Origin: Eledone cirrhosa
Taxonomy: Eukaryota
Length of the DNA: 64,000 nucleotides
NCBI GenBank assembly: GCA_964016885.1
Contig: OZ024743.1
Location: forward strand, 40,052,001-40,116,000
Reading direction: 5' to 3'
Shown here: positions 13,963 through 26,649 of the stretch, piece by piece
Numbering within the stretch: the first letter of the stretch is position 1
Layout of the letters: the number at the start of each line of letters is the position of its first letter
Notes under the pieces: generated by a model
Database searches by the model: none
The model's input: the letters and a program-made list of their open reading frames with translations, nothing else
What the model was told of the DNA's origin: nothing
Position numbers and translations under genes: made by a program

Positions 13963-14112
13963 TATAGTAATAAGAAGAAATGCGAATACAAAAATCCAAA
14001 GAGGGCTCGATGGGGGATAGGTATATATCAAATATATGAGAACCCTAGACGAAACTTTTAATAAAATAACAAATTAAAGTTTAAGCAAAGAATCGCTGCT
14101 TTCACCCTTAAG
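13963..14112 (+). repeat. Dispersed (TA)n-associated repeat (Penelope pLTR-derived; copies at 5385-5545, 10378-10500, 12683-12785, 40970-41305, 48108-48235, 61015-61112)
   Basis: Shared motifs gaagactaaaatccaaagagggctcgat and aaagtttaagcaaagaatcgctgctttcaccctta. Confidence 0.85.
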
Positions 14113-14168
14113 GAGTGAAACTTTAATTTGCTAAACTTTGCTTAATCTCTAATTTGTCATTTTAACAA

Positions 14169-14242
<74 letters not shown>

Positions 14243-14899
14243 CATAAGATACAGAATTTCTCTTCAGGTTTCTGGTCGTAACAAACAATATAGCAATTAA
14301 GTATTCGATTTATTCGCTGATTTTTCATGGTGCAGGTGATAACAATTGGTTCAATTGGGAAGAGTATATTCTCTTTTGTATCCATCCAACGTTTTACCTT
14401 TATTGAGCGGGAAATGTGGCCTATTTTAACAAATTAATCTTCAATGGATTTCTTTACCAAATCGCTCAATAGAATAAATACTAAATATATCTAGTCACTT
14501 CTTAATTTTCTACTGATTTGGTTACTCCGAAAGCAATGAGATCGACCAATGGCAGTGGTCTCTAACATTCCTAGATAACTGCAAGAATCTTACTTGCGTC
14601 TATAGCTTATACATGCTTTCTAATCTGGTGTCTATTATTCGTTTTGCATATGCAATAGTATATTTGATATAGTCATGCTTCAGATCTAATAGTAAGCCAT
14701 GATTTTTCATACTACATAAAAATAACTGCGTTGTCACTCTATCTGCGAAAAAATATTAAAACAAAAACGTAAGTAGATTCGTTCACGTAAACTGAGATTT
14801 GTTTGATAAAAAAAAATGTCGGGTTTGACTAAATCTTGCCGGATTCGTAATAGCAAGAGCAGCAGAACAGGATAAACAATTAATATCAACACCAGCAAA

Positions 14900-15275
14900 A
14901 ATATTTTCATCAACAACAATAACAACAATAGCATCAACAACAGCCCCGGCAGCAAACATAAACAAAACAATCATAACAACAACAATATTAACAATAGCAA
15001 CAATAATGATATCAACAGCATCAATAACAGAAACAAAATCAGCATCACCAACAGCAACAACATCAACAATAACAACCACATCAGCAACAACAACGATATC
15101 ATCATTACAAGCAACCACATCAACAGCAACTACAACAACATCAACACCAGTAACAATATCAACAACAGGATTAGTATTAACAACAACACCAGTAACAATA
15201 TCAACAACAGGATTAGTAATAACAACAACAACATCAACACCAACTACATCGGCATAAACATCAACATCAATAATG
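14900..15275. repeat. Cryptic (CAA/CAG/CAT)n trinucleotide low-complexity tract with a 39-bp tandem duplication
   Basis: acaccagtaacaatatcaacaacaggattagta occurs twice (15144, 15186). A similar tract lies at 15770-16165. Confidence 0.85.
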
Positions 15276-16169
15276 TGTTATATTAATGACACGTTTCTAT
15301 TTTCCATGAAATATTTTTTTTATTCTGAGCGTTTTGGCTGTAAATATTTATGATATGCCCATCATTCAGATAATGAAAGCAGAGTAGGAAAAAGTGCTAT
15401 ATTTATCCTAATTTCAACGGAAATATGCGTTTCATTATAAAATATCAGAAATAGTAGGTTATTTTAATGAAATATTTTAAAACATTTTCATAAGCAATCA
15501 ATTTATGAAGGAAATAAATATGGAGGTAATTCAATTTTAAATAGAGATGATAAAATTTTAATTATTACACGTTAATTAAATTTCTGATCCATGAAATTAA
15601 TTAAAGAAAAAATGGAAATTATTAGCAATAAATGTATAAATCTTAAATTTGATTTCAGAACATTCTGATTTTCATAGAAATACGATATTTTATTTTTAAA
15701 TTGGTTAGTTTGATAGCTAAGAGTTAAAAGTGAAATTAGTTTCATTAATCAATAATTTGTATTTTTCGTATTATTATCATCATAATAGTCATTGAGTTGA
15801 TCATCATCAACATTGCCATTACCATCATAGTCCTCGATGACATCATCAACTTGATCGTTACCATCAGAGTCATTACCTTCGTCATCACCATCGTCATCAA
15901 AAGCGCCTAACAAGCTAACAATAATCTTCTTCTTCTTACATTCCTCCTTGCGGAAAAGAGGGAGCGCCGGGGTCATCTTGCTGCCGACATCGGGATCTCA
16001 ACAACACAAGCAACAACAACAACATCAACGATAACAACATCAACAATAACAACAGCAACAATAACAACAACAACATCAACAACAACAACATACGTGGTAC
16101 AAAATGCACCAGTAGCAGCATCAGCAGCAACGACAGCTCTAAGACCAACAATATCACCAACAGCAGCAA

Positions 16170-17510
16170 GCTGTTTGATGGGCCCGAATGGCAGAGGCGC
16201 AGCGTAGCAATAAAAATTCTATCATTGTCGGACGGAGACCAGCACATGCTGTTTGATTCTTGGCAGTTTTATGCAGGTTTTGGCCAGCAATTAGCACGAA
16301 TCTCCATGGAGAGCGGGGATTAGGAGAAGGTAGCGTGCTTCAGCTCCAAATTCGACGGTCTGTCGTGACACACGGCGAATGATGCAGTGTGATGCGAAAA
16401 GCCGATAGCTGCAGAGAATGTTCAGGAAGACCTGATCGATTGTATGAGGCGAAAATCGCTAGGTTTGGGTGATCTGCCATATGGGTTTTATGTAGATATG
16501 CCAGGCTTGTTCTACGATCTCGTAGAAATGGTGTACTGCAACCGGCAGCAGAACGGGAGTATTCCTAATTCTGTAAGTCGTGGTGTAGTAACGCTGATGA
16601 TTAAAGATGAGAACAAGAGGAACGTGATCGATAATTTCCGGCCCATACAGAGTTGTTGATTTAGGCCGAGGTTCTAGCAACGGGGCTGGCGCTTGTGTTG
16701 AAACGCTTGTTGGGGAGGCGGAAACATCATAGATAATCACGACCAGATTCCTAGACGAAAACCTCCGCCATATGCGATATATCATAAAAAAGTAGGAAGT
16801 AAACCTGGCTTCTGTAGTGCTCTGATCAATTTAGATCAATCTAAAACTTTCGATTGTCTTAACCATCCATACTTGGCTGTTTTCATCGTGGCAGCCGGCT
16901 TCAGTCCCGACTTCACAGGCTGGATTGCTGCAATGTATAGTGGTATATGCTCGGTCGTCAAAATCAATGGCCACCGAACGCAACCATTCCAGATCATGTG
17001 CTTGGTTCATCAGGGACGCTTGTCTCCTCACGTCTGTACCTACTGACTCACGAGCCTTTACTGTGGAAGATAAGGCTATTGCTGCGCATTCCGTTCGAAC
17101 CGGGACGTAGAAGTGCTACCTCGATATACGCGGACGATGTCATCGTTATGGAGTTGAACACCTCATAAATCCAGATGTTCAGCAATTTCTTAGATGAATA
17201 AGGTCGACGAGGAGAAAGGGCAACACGGAAAGGTCGGTGAGTTCGCAGCTCGGCACCTGGAGAGGCAAATCCATGCAGTTCAACGGCGACGAACGCTGGA
17301 TAGACAGACCACAGAAGTTGCTTTGTGTCTGGTTTGGGCCAGAACTCCAAGTAAACAAGAGCTAGAAGGAGTCATCGAGAAATGGGCGGAGAGGTTGCTA
17401 TCGCTGAAAGGTCGGACAGAGTTGGGGAAAGTGCGCATTGCAGCCTCCATGTTGAACATCGGCCCTTGCCCCCTTTCCGGCCTTTCCCAATTGGAGAAGG
17501 TATGTTGACA
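16170..17510 (+). mobile_element. Degenerate internal fragment of a Tx1-type LINE ORF2 (older subfamily)
   Basis: Broken frames give KSLGLGDLPYGFYVDMPGLF...QQNGSIPNSVSRGVVTL...IDNFRPI, LINLDQSKTFD, YADD and KWAERLLSLKGR, all homologous to ORF2 at 20952-24371. Confidence 0.9.
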
Positions 17511-17514
17511 TAAC

Positions 17515-17975
17515 ACGCATCTTTCACTGGAATCTCTGTGATAATCTTTATTTCCGGAAAACTAATAAATTTTATGAACATACCACTAAGAGTGTCGGTG
17601 ATAATGAGGATTTTAAAATATTGTGATATTTTATGATACAATGAGACAATATGATTGTAGCAAGGAAGCCAGACATAGTAATTGTCACCAAGGAAACCAA
17701 ACATTGTACTATAGCAATAGATACCGCAATTTCTGGTGATAAAAAATAATGGATGAAATAGAGGGAGAGGAAATAAAAAGAAGGTATGGCTATCTCTAGC
17801 GGGAAGTTGCCCAATTATGGCAAGCGCGAAATGTAGAAACAGTGCCTGTAATAGTTGGATCACTTGGGATGGTTTCAAAGAAATTAGCTGATTGTCTTGG
17901 GAAGCTCGAAATAGAAATAAAGACGTACACACTACAAAATATAAAAAATTTAAGTTTGAAAAGACATTCGAACTG
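17515..17975 (+). mobile_element. Degenerate R4/Dong-type RLE endonuclease fragment
   Basis: HWNLC..FYEH...ARKPDIVIV...IDTAISGD...VPVIVGSLGMVSK, with stops and frameshifts. Confidence 0.7.
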
Positions 17976-18047
17976 CGATTCATTTGTTATGAACCGCTTC
18001 CAATGTTGCAATTTGGTTGAAGATCTGCTAGCATTCAACAGATAATA

Positions 18048-18140
18048 ATTGTTTCTACTTTTGGCACAAGGCCAGCAATTATCCAAGTCCATTACTGGTG
18101 CTTTATCGACCCCGTAAGGATGAAAGGCAAAGTTAACCAC
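18048..18140 (-). mobile_element. 5'-truncated tRNA-SINE copy
   Basis: ttgtttctact..ggcacaaggccagcaatt...tttatcgaccccgtaaggatgaaaggcaa matches 12899-12985. Confidence 0.8.
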
Positions 18141-18669
18141 TGCTCGTAAAATGAATGTGTACGTGGCTGGGTGTAGCACAGTCACGTTTACGATTAATCC
18201 CTTAAGGAAAAGCTCAGGGAAATTCAGCGTGATACAGTGTGATACGGGAAATTTAAATTAATGGTGGAAATATTTTATTGACTGCTTAGTGAAATGGTGC
18301 ACCGTGAAAATGAAATGTCTTCTTCGACGACACAACGCACCAAGGGTATTCGAACTTCATTATTTTTAATCATGAATGGAACAGGCAAACCATTAGGCCA
18401 CATGATTTCATGAGCTCAGATTAATAGTTATACTCTGACTCACATGAATAAAGGTACGTATTCTGGATTATCGCTGCAACCAAAAACCCACAGAATAATT
18501 TGAATGGTAACTGTTCTGTAAACATTTGAAATTCTGAAAAATCAGCGTTATAGCCTATGATGCGAAAAATAAGTGAATCCATTCAACAGAGTTTCTCACT
18601 CACTCTCTCTTACTCTTTCTATATTTCCGCAAATTATCTTTATATATATATATATACAGACATACACAG

Positions 18670-18716
18670 AAAGAGAGAGAGGGGGAGAGACGGAGAGAGA
18701 GAGAGAGAGAGAGGGG

Positions 18717-18794
<78 letters not shown>

Positions 18795-18815
18795 AATAGA
18801 GATGGGAGGAGAGAA
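18670..18815. repeat. (GA)n microsatellite
   Basis: Directly visible. Confidence 0.95.
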
Positions 18816-19089
18816 ATATAATTGTATTTGTATGTACATAGATATAATTCAATTTTCGGATGTACCAGTATATGAATGGAAATTCAATGAAAATCTACGA
18901 TGTACAAAAAAGATATTGATTCCTTACCATTTTATATTAAATTTTTACAATGAGGAGAAATATTAACAAAGGACCGAAATGAATAAATCAATAAAAGCTG
19001 AAATTAAATAAAAATAATACCAACATCGATAACACTAACAAAAAAACATACAATCAGAACAACGCAATGAATAAAATAAGACATTATAT

Positions 19090-19142
<53 letters not shown>

Positions 19143-20163
19143 ACACAAGTGCATAAGGAACTTGTCTTTGCGCTGCCGTCAAATCTCCCCGCTAACCACA
19201 ATCCAGATATAGTAATAAAGTAACAATGCCTGAATATTTTTGAGGTAAAGAAAGACAAATGAAAATATTACATTACACATGTAGTCATCTTTTCCCGGAT
19301 ATAGCTAGCAAGGATCGCAAGAAGAACCTAGGCTAGAACGCACGAACCAGTTAAAACGAAAGATAATAACTGGAATGCCTTTGATCAGACAACTGTCTGT
19401 AAAGATCTGAGATGTAACTAAACAAAAGCAACAACATCCTACCGCTATATATTTCACGGCATTTATTTCACTACTCAATGTCTGTTACATTTTCTCAATA
19501 TTGAAGGACCTTAGTTGTAAATATTGACAGAAACCATATGATCACACCTAGACACAACGTTATAATTCAATCAATATGTGGTTTAACTAATAGTACAAAT
19601 AATTAACGTTTAAACAAATTCACGCCCGTTTATCTGTTTAATTAGTCTTGTGAAACCGCGAATGTACACTTGGAAATTTCATTTCAAATTTAAATGACAA
19701 TGACTGGACAAGATTAAATCACAAATTTGACACCAATATAAATTCGAAGAAAGAATAATAATAAATAATTCAAGCACATGATCACTGATTCGCAGACATT
19801 TCAGTATTTGGTGTCTACCACTACTTAACAAATACTATATTTGAATGGATAGTCCATTATTGTTATTCATATAAATGGTGCTGTTGTTTCTACAGGCCAG
19901 TATATTTCATGTTTCCGATTGTATTGTTAACATGTTGAGCAGCTCATAGCGACTATTCTCCCCACTTCACATCATGCCATGATCATTATGTACTAACCAA
20001 ACTAGCTGAATTTATCTTTTGTTTAGGTAATACATCAAAATATAGACTATCGTTATCTGGAAACATTCGAAGCAATCGTATGTCCTATTTTACCATCCCA
20101 ACAATAATTTCAGAATACATTCTACATGTATAACCAAACCATTGATCATTATAATTTCTACCT

Positions 20164-20384
20164 AATTGGGCGGTGGAATATCGGTAGAGGTTCGGTGCAA
20201 TAAGGCGGTGCAATATCGGTAGAGGGTCGGACCCCATGCTTTGGAGAATAGAGTTATGGCCCTTTATGATCTGAGTTCAAATCCCGCCGAGGTTAACTTT
20301 GCCTTTCATCTTTTCGGGGTAGATAAAATAAAGTACCAGTAATACAGTGGGATAATTCGTGGCCTTGTACGAAAAGAAGAAACA
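20164..20384 (+). mobile_element. tRNA-derived SINE with duplicated 5' head and 16-bp TSD
   Basis: B box gagttcaaatcc and core gcctttcatcttttcggggtagataaaataaagtaccag. The head ggcggtg.aatatcggtagagg is duplicated. TSD attataatttctacct at 20148-20163 and 20385-20400. Confidence 0.9.
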
Positions 20385-20589
20385 ATTATAATTTCTACCT
20401 GCTTGAATGCTATTCCTGGCACAGATTTTCCTGATTGCATGGCAATGATAGCGGTATTGATTTCATCAGACAGCGATAGCTGACATGTTATATGGGCATT
20501 ACCCCTTCACATCTGATAGAAATATAAACATTAAACACATATAAAGACAGGCGTACGATCATACAGCCCCACGCATACACACAAAGGCA

Positions 20590-20663
<74 letters not shown>

Positions 20664-20951
20664 ATATTAATAATAATAATAATAATAATGATTTCTTTAT
20701 TAACCACAAGGGTTTACATAAAGTAGACATTAAGGACAGTGCAGGACAATGCAGGACGGTACAAATGGGCATTTCTGCGTGTAAAAAAACAAAAACAGAG
20801 GATGTAACAAAAATAACAATGAAAATAACAATGAAAAATTCCCCAATAGGGGGGAGACTTCGGAGGGACATTTGTGGAGAAAGCCCAGTAAAAAGCCACA
20901 ATGACCCTGACCACCAAGGCAAGTGCCCTCTCCCAGTTTTCCACCTTTAGT

Positions 20952-23900
20952 TTACAGATATATACTCAGAGTCGGCCCATTCACTCGGGCCATTCTTGCT
21001 TCTCTCACCCATCTTTCAACAAAATGCTGGGAAGAGAGCACTTCCTTCTCTACTCTGATTTTCCTTTTCAAATGAAATTTGAAAAAGTCAATCAGAGCAT
21101 CACCGAAGAGGTAAGTGCTCGTCTTCAGCCCTTTCAAACGTGTCCACCATACTATCCCTTTCGCCATGGCCACCAGACAGATAAAAACTGCCTGCCCTTC
21201 CCGGCTAAAGGAGGAGGGCGGGGCAATCCTCACGATAGACTCAGATGATAGCTGGATCCGTCCTAAACGCGACAGCAGGTGTTCGACATAAACCCACAAG
21301 TCAGCAATTTTCGGACACTGGACGAGTGCGTGCAGGACGGTTTCGTCGCCCTGCGCGCATCTCGGACATGCCCGGCTGACGGCACCTCCATGCCTGTAGA
21401 GTTTATCCCGAACTGGCAAGGCTCCTCGGTAGCACTGCCAGGCCAGAGATTTCTGGAAGTTGTCCATAGGCCCTGGCCCGAAAGTTCTTCCGAAGAGATT
21501 GGCTAGTTGATTTTCGTCGACGCCTAGAGTTTCCCCAAGTACGTCGTCGCTCTTCCCCTCCACTAATCCTCTATAGAACGCCGAGGTGGAGTTTCCACCG
21601 ATCACATTGCCCGATTGGTCGAGGGCTGTGAGCGCCTGAAGACATTCCAGTCTCCAGGCGCTCCCTCTCGGTCTTCGCTTGACCCAGGACTGCAGCTCCG
21701 TCAAGGAAACGAGCTGGGGAAAAACGCGTCTAGCAAACGGCGACCACACCTGATCACCGTCGAGGAAGAGGTGGAGATGTCGTAGCCTGAGCGCGTGCCT
21801 GCGCATCATCAGCCACGGCATGCCCAGCCCTCCACGGAGCGGGTGTTGACAACAGATGGACCGCCTGACCATCGGAGCACGTCCCTTCCACAAAAAGCGA
21901 AAGAGCAAACGCTCCAGCGCAGTCAGGCGAGGCTTAGGACAAGGTACGACGGTTAGGCGGTAGCAGATGACAGACGCGATGTACGCGTTAGCCACCTCCG
22001 CTCGACCTTTCAGGGATAGCTTCCTCTCCGCCCATTTCTGGGTGAGAGAAGCCACCCTGCTCGTCACCTCGTCCCAGTTTTTGTCCGTCTGGAGGTCCGG
22101 ACCGAACCAGACCCCTAGCAATTTAACCGGTCCGTCCGTCCAGCGCCCGACGACGCTGTTGGACGGCATGGACCTGCCTCTCCAGGTGCCGAGCTGCAGG
22201 CCCACTGACTTTTCCTGGTTGATCATTGCTCCTGTCACCGCTTCGTATTCTCTTAGTGTAGTGCCGATCGCCTCGATGTGTTTGGCGTTCGGCACCACTA
22301 CGGTGACATCGTCGGCATATGCTGACACGGATCTTCCGCATCCTAGTTCGCGCGGGACCCCCCTCAACGTCTCCAGTTTGTGCAGTAATGGCTCGAGAGT
22401 CAATACGTACAATAGGGACGAGAGGGGACATCCTTGGCGGACCGAGCGCATGATGTTGAACGGTTCCGAAAGGTGACCGTTCACTCTCACTACAGAGCAG
22501 ATGTCGCTGTGCATGGCAGCGATCCAGCCTCTGAAGACGGGCCCAAAGCCAGCCGCCCTCAGGACTGCCGCTAGGTAACGATGGTCGACCCTATCGAAGG
22601 CTTTCGACTGATCTAAATTGATCAAAGACCCACCCGTGCCAGGTTCCCTAGCTACCCTCTCTACGATGTATCGCATGAGGTGGAGGTTGTCGTGGATGGA
22701 TCTGTCGGGAATGGCGCATGTCTGTGCCTCTCCCACCAGACCACCAACGACAAGGGCCAACCTCTTTGCTAGCACCTTGGCCAAAATCTTGAACTCTGTG
22801 TTTAGCAGAGTTATGGGCCTAAAATTATCTATGTTATCCCCCTTGTTCGGATCCTTTCTCAGCAGCGCCACCGCTCCTCGGCTCACAGAGCTGGGAATTC
22901 TCCCGTTCTGTTGCCAGTTGCAGTAGACGTCCGCCAAGAGGCCTCCGAACAAGTTTGGCATTTGTACGTAAAGTTCATAGGGCAGACCATCCAAACCAGG
23001 CGATTTGCCCCTTGTGCAACTAGTCATTGCATCCCGTACTTCAGCGGTTGTTATCGGCTTTTCGCAACACTCCGCCTCAGTGGCCGAAAGCCGCGGCAGT
23101 CCGTCGAGGTAGACACTAAAGTCCATCCCTCGATCCGGCCCGCCACTGCCCCCGAACAGTTGAGCGAAGTGTCGCTGAAAAGCTTCACACATTTGCCCGG
23201 GATCGAGTAGCATGCGCCCGTCGTGGTCCACCAAAGACCGGATCGTGGCTTTGTTGCCACGACGCGCCTCCGCCACTCGGGCCCATTCAACGGCTTTCGT
23301 CCCCTCGTGTCTGAGAGCACGCACCCTAGCTCTGACAACGCAGCCTTCGTGCTTTGCATTGAAGAATTGGTCAAGGGCCAATTTCGCCGCAAGTCCGTCG
23401 GTCGCGATGCCTTTGCTAAGCGCCTCATCTAATTTTCTAACTAATTCTCTCTCTGCTCTATTTTTCTCTATTGCTAAAGTCTTACTAAACCTAATGGACT
23501 CTATTCTAATTGCTCTTTTCAGAGCAAACCACCACTTGTTGTTGACGATGGCCCCCGTCAACGCCCGCTTAACTAGTTCGCTAATCCGGTCTCTGTAGGC
23601 CTTGAGCGCTGGTAAGGACGCGTTTAGCTTCCAGTAGCCGGGTCCTCGTCTATGAAGCCTATCTAAGTCAAGCACACAGATCACGAATTTGTGGTCCGTG
23701 TAGCTGACTATCTTGAATTGTGGACAGCCTATGCTAGACCTATCTATTTCCCTACAAAATACTCTATCTAGATATGATCTGGATGACCCTATGCGATTTG
23801 TCCAAGTCCACATTGGTACATTCGGGAAATCCATTCGGTACCTGTCAGACAGTTCAAAACGTCTGAGCAGGTTGGTGAGACTCTTGCACCCTCCTTCCCT

Positions 23901-24371
23901 ATCCACTAATCCCACACAATCCCAGCGTGCATCTAAGATCCCGTTCCAGTCGCCCACTAACACTAAAGAGCGGGACGTTCCAAGAAAGGTCTCCAGACGC
24001 CGGAAGAAATCAGGCCGCCCTGCTCCTGTCGGGGCATAGACGGCCACTAACCTGAAAGCTTGCCCGTCTCCGCTGGTCACGTCCAGCACCACCAACTTAC
24101 CTTCTGGGTCCAGGAAGATGGCCCGTATGGCAAGATCCAAACCTCTCCGAAAAAGCACAGCAACTCCTCCCCCCGATCCCGGACGGCTGGGAGATGCGTA
24201 CACATCGTAGCCGCCGAAGATCGGTGCGAAAGCCTGTGCTTCGGAGATTCTGGTCTCGCTGATGGCCACTACATCTATGTTTAGTGACCTGAGGTCGTTG
24301 AGCAGGTGGCCCTGCTTCCATGACGACCCCAAGCCACGCGCATTTATGCTGCCTATTCTGAGTGAGGTCAT
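20952..24371 (-). CDS. Tx1-type LINE ORF2p: APE endonuclease + reverse transcriptase + C-terminal zinc knuckle (1139 aa, uninterrupted)
   Basis: APE motifs SINARGL, ISETR, VYAP, GDWN, SYLDRVF and TDH. RT motifs KSPGLDGL, NFRPITLLN, DQSKAFDRV, RQGCPLS and YADD. C-terminal CPRC...ETVLHALVQC. Confidence 0.97.
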   Translation of the reverse strand: MTSLRIGSINARGLGSSWKQGHLLNDLRSLNIDVVAISETRISEAQAFAPIFGGYDVYASPSRPGSGGGVAVLFRRGLDLAIRAIFLDPEGKLVVLDVTSGDGQAFRLVAVYAPTGAGRPDFFRRLETFLGTSRSLVLVGDWNGILDARWDCVGLVDREGGCKSLTNLLRRFELSDRYRMDFPNVPMWTWTNRIGSSRSYLDRVFCREIDRSSIGCPQFKIVSYTDHKFVICVLDLDRLHRRGPGYWKLNASLPALKAYRDRISELVKRALTGAIVNNKWWFALKRAIRIESIRFSKTLAIEKNRAERELVRKLDEALSKGIATDGLAAKLALDQFFNAKHEGCVVRARVRALRHEGTKAVEWARVAEARRGNKATIRSLVDHDGRMLLDPGQMCEAFQRHFAQLFGGSGGPDRGMDFSVYLDGLPRLSATEAECCEKPITTAEVRDAMTSCTRGKSPGLDGLPYELYVQMPNLFGGLLADVYCNWQQNGRIPSSVSRGAVALLRKDPNKGDNIDNFRPITLLNTEFKILAKVLAKRLALVVGGLVGEAQTCAIPDRSIHDNLHLMRYIVERVAREPGTGGSLINLDQSKAFDRVDHRYLAAVLRAAGFGPVFRGWIAAMHSDICSVVRVNGHLSEPFNIMRSVRQGCPLSSLLYVLTLEPLLHKLETLRGVPRELGCGRSVSAYADDVTVVVPNAKHIEAIGTTLREYEAVTGAMINQEKSVGLQLGTWRGRSMPSNSVVGRWTDGPVKLLGVWFGPDLQTDKNWDEVTSRVASLTQKWAERKLSLKGRAEVANAYIASVICYRLTVVPCPKPRLTALERLLFRFLWKGRAPMVRRSICCQHPLRGGLGMPWLMMRRHALRLRHLHLFLDGDQVWSPFARRVFPQLVSLTELQSWVKRRPRGSAWRLECLQALTALDQSGNVIGGNSTSAFYRGLVEGKSDDVLGETLGVDENQLANLFGRTFGPGPMDNFQKSLAWQCYRGALPVRDKLYRHGGAVSRACPRCAQGDETVLHALVQCPKIADLWVYVEHLLSRLGRIQLSSESIVRIAPPSSFSREGQAVFICLVAMAKGIVWWTRLKGLKTSTYLFGDALIDFFKFHLKRKIRVEKEVLSSQHFVERWVREARMARVNGPTLSIYL

Positions 24372-24405
24372 GTTGAAAAGGAGTGGAAAAGATGGGAAAG
24401 ACCAC

Positions 24406-26394
24406 TTACCTTACTTCTCGTAGGGGAAGGACGGCTTTTCCATCCTTTTCACTGCTTGTGGCCTCATCAGGAAGGATGTCCTTATAAATCCTCCTGGAGA
24501 GTGCTTGTCGGAAGTCTCCGATGTCTTTGGGGAATTTTTGTTTTAGTGTCATGTACGTTTTCTGTGTGATGCGAGTGATTTGTATGTGTGGAGGTGGTGT
24601 GAATTTTGGGGTTGTTGTGTAGTCTTTTTCTGTGATGCTGGTGTTGTGTTGGATGTAGTGTAATAATTGCTTGTTGTTCAAATTTAATGCTGTGTAGTGT
24701 GTATCGTTTTGGTTGTTTTGTTTTGTTTGCGTTTGTTGTGGGTTTGTTTCTGTTTCGCTTTTTGGTGACTTTTGTGGTGTAGGTGTAGGTGGTGCTGGGG
24801 ATGATGATGGTGATGGTGTTGGTGTTTGGGTTGATGGGGTTGGTGATGCTGGTGTGGATGGTGGCATATCTGTCCTAACTTTTTTGTTTCTTAGTTTATT
24901 TGTTTCCCTCTGTATTTTGTTTTTGGAGGGGGAAGGAAGAGAATTTTTTCTTTTTTGGTTTCTTTTTTTTTTTCCGGATATCGTTTCCCACTCCTCGTCG
25001 TCACAATCTGTCTCCAGTTGTGATAGGCCGGGGAGTGGAAAATCCTCCACAGCCGTTAGTTTTGGTTGTGGTGTGGTGGATGGTGTAGGCGCTGGTGCTA
25101 GTTCTGAAGTGTTGGGTGGTGGTGGTGTTGGTTTTGCTGGTGGTGGTAGTGGTGTTGGTTTTGCTACTGTTGCTGGGGTTGTTGCTGTTATAGTTGCTTC
25201 TGTTGTTGCTGCTACAGTTGTTGCTGCCATCTCTGCTACTGGTGGTGTTGATGGTTTTGTCACTGGGGTGGGTAGGAGAGGTGGCCTCAACCTTTTAGCC
25301 TGAGGGCAGAAAGCCCTTAGGTGGGTTCCTTCACCACAAACGACACACCTAGGTCTTCTGCCCTCGACAATTACCGTGAGGTGGCTGCCGTCAGTGAGGT
25401 CTATTACCTCTGGGATCTCCTCAATGCTTTTTTGGTCCGCTTGGATCAGGAGCTCCATCCCAGATCCGGACCAGTTTTCCTGCTTTTCTTTTGCTACTGC
25501 TATTATTTTCGTGTTGGCTTCGATGCCGGTGAGGACAGCCGCTATTAGCCAGGGAATTTCGATGGCCGGTGGAACGTGGGTCACCCTGATCTTTACGAGT
25601 CTCTGGCCACAATAGCTTGGGACGAGTGTGAGGTCGTCACTTTTTAATGGGGCCATGGAGTGTTCTCTAGCCTCCTCTGGTGTTTCAAAGAACACATCCA
25701 CGGTTCCATACTTTTGCCCACGTCTGATGTGGGTTTTTCTTGCCCACACATGTCCCAAAGCTTTTTGGATTTGGGACTCGGATGCCCGTTCCACTCGGCG
25801 CGATTTTACATTTATTGTTCTAAACGACACGGTGCACAGGCGCCGATGCTCCATTTTATTAGGTGGGGGGGTGAGGCTGACCCTGTACCCATCTTTCTTT
25901 ACCATTTGTTTGGCATTTTCTAAATCTTATTGGGTTACCGTGAACGCTTCGAATTGTTTTGCTACGATGGCGAAACTGAGGGTCGGTTTTATAATGTCAT
26001 TGTTGTTGTTGTTGCTATCGTTAATATTAATTTTATTTTCAGTTGTGGTGGTTGTGACGTCAGTCGTCTTTGGTGGGGAAGAGTCCATTTTGCTTGATTT
26101 CATTTCGACGTCACGAGTTAATTTATTTTTTTCTTCTTTTGTTTCTGTTGTCGCGGTGGTGGTGGTGGTGGTGGTGGTTGTCGCGGTGGTGGTGGTGGTG
26201 GAGGGTTTAACACCTGCAGTCATTGGTAATGGCGGGAAATGAATGTCTGCCTGAGACAAATTTAAAATATTGCTACTGCTTATATTTTTTTTTGTGTTGG
26301 CAAACGTAGTAACATTTACAATGGTGGTGTCGGTGTGAGGTGTTATTTTGTGAGGAAGGCTTTCAGCTGCTTCGTGCAGAGGGGAATTAGCCAT
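24406..26394 (-). pseudogene. Tx1-type LINE ORF1 (gag-like, CCHC zinc knuckle), 662 codons interrupted by a single in-frame TAA at 25927-25929
   Basis: ORFs 25927-26394 and 24406-25905 are in the same frame (...FTVTQ*DLENAKQMVKK...). Contains the CVVCGEGTHLRAFC knuckle and a Pro/Thr-rich linker. Confidence 0.88.
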
Positions 26395-26606
26395 TTTTTT
26401 TCAAAGAAATTTTTGGATAATAATAAAAGTTAAAATTTTTTTGGGCACAAGGCCCCAATCTTTTTGGGTGTCCTTTTCGGAAAACAATGTATGTGTGCTT
26501 ATAAACAGTTTACAATAAAATTTTCCATAAATGGCAATTTTTAAACAAACAGAAATAACAAACCTTTGCGGAGCTCACAATAATACGATTTCCTACGTAG
26601 GTCGCC

Positions 26607-26648
<42 letters not shown>

Positions 26649-26649
26649 C

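Larger units (their letters stand above)
20690..26607 (-). mobile_element. Full-length L1-clade (Tx1-type) LINE flanked on both sides by (TAA)n
   Basis: 5' UTR ~26395-26607, then ORF1, ORF2 and a 3' UTR with AATAAA immediately before (ATT)n. Confidence 0.95.

Noticed and set aside
14734-16247. Thr-rich mucin-like and Leu/Val/Asp-rich ORFs
   Set aside because: They are cryptic trinucleotide low-complexity DNA, open in several frames, with no splice or domain evidence.
20901-26242. Plus-strand ORFs overlapping the Tx1 element
   Set aside because: They are antisense shadows of GC-rich ORF1/ORF2 with no recognisable motifs.
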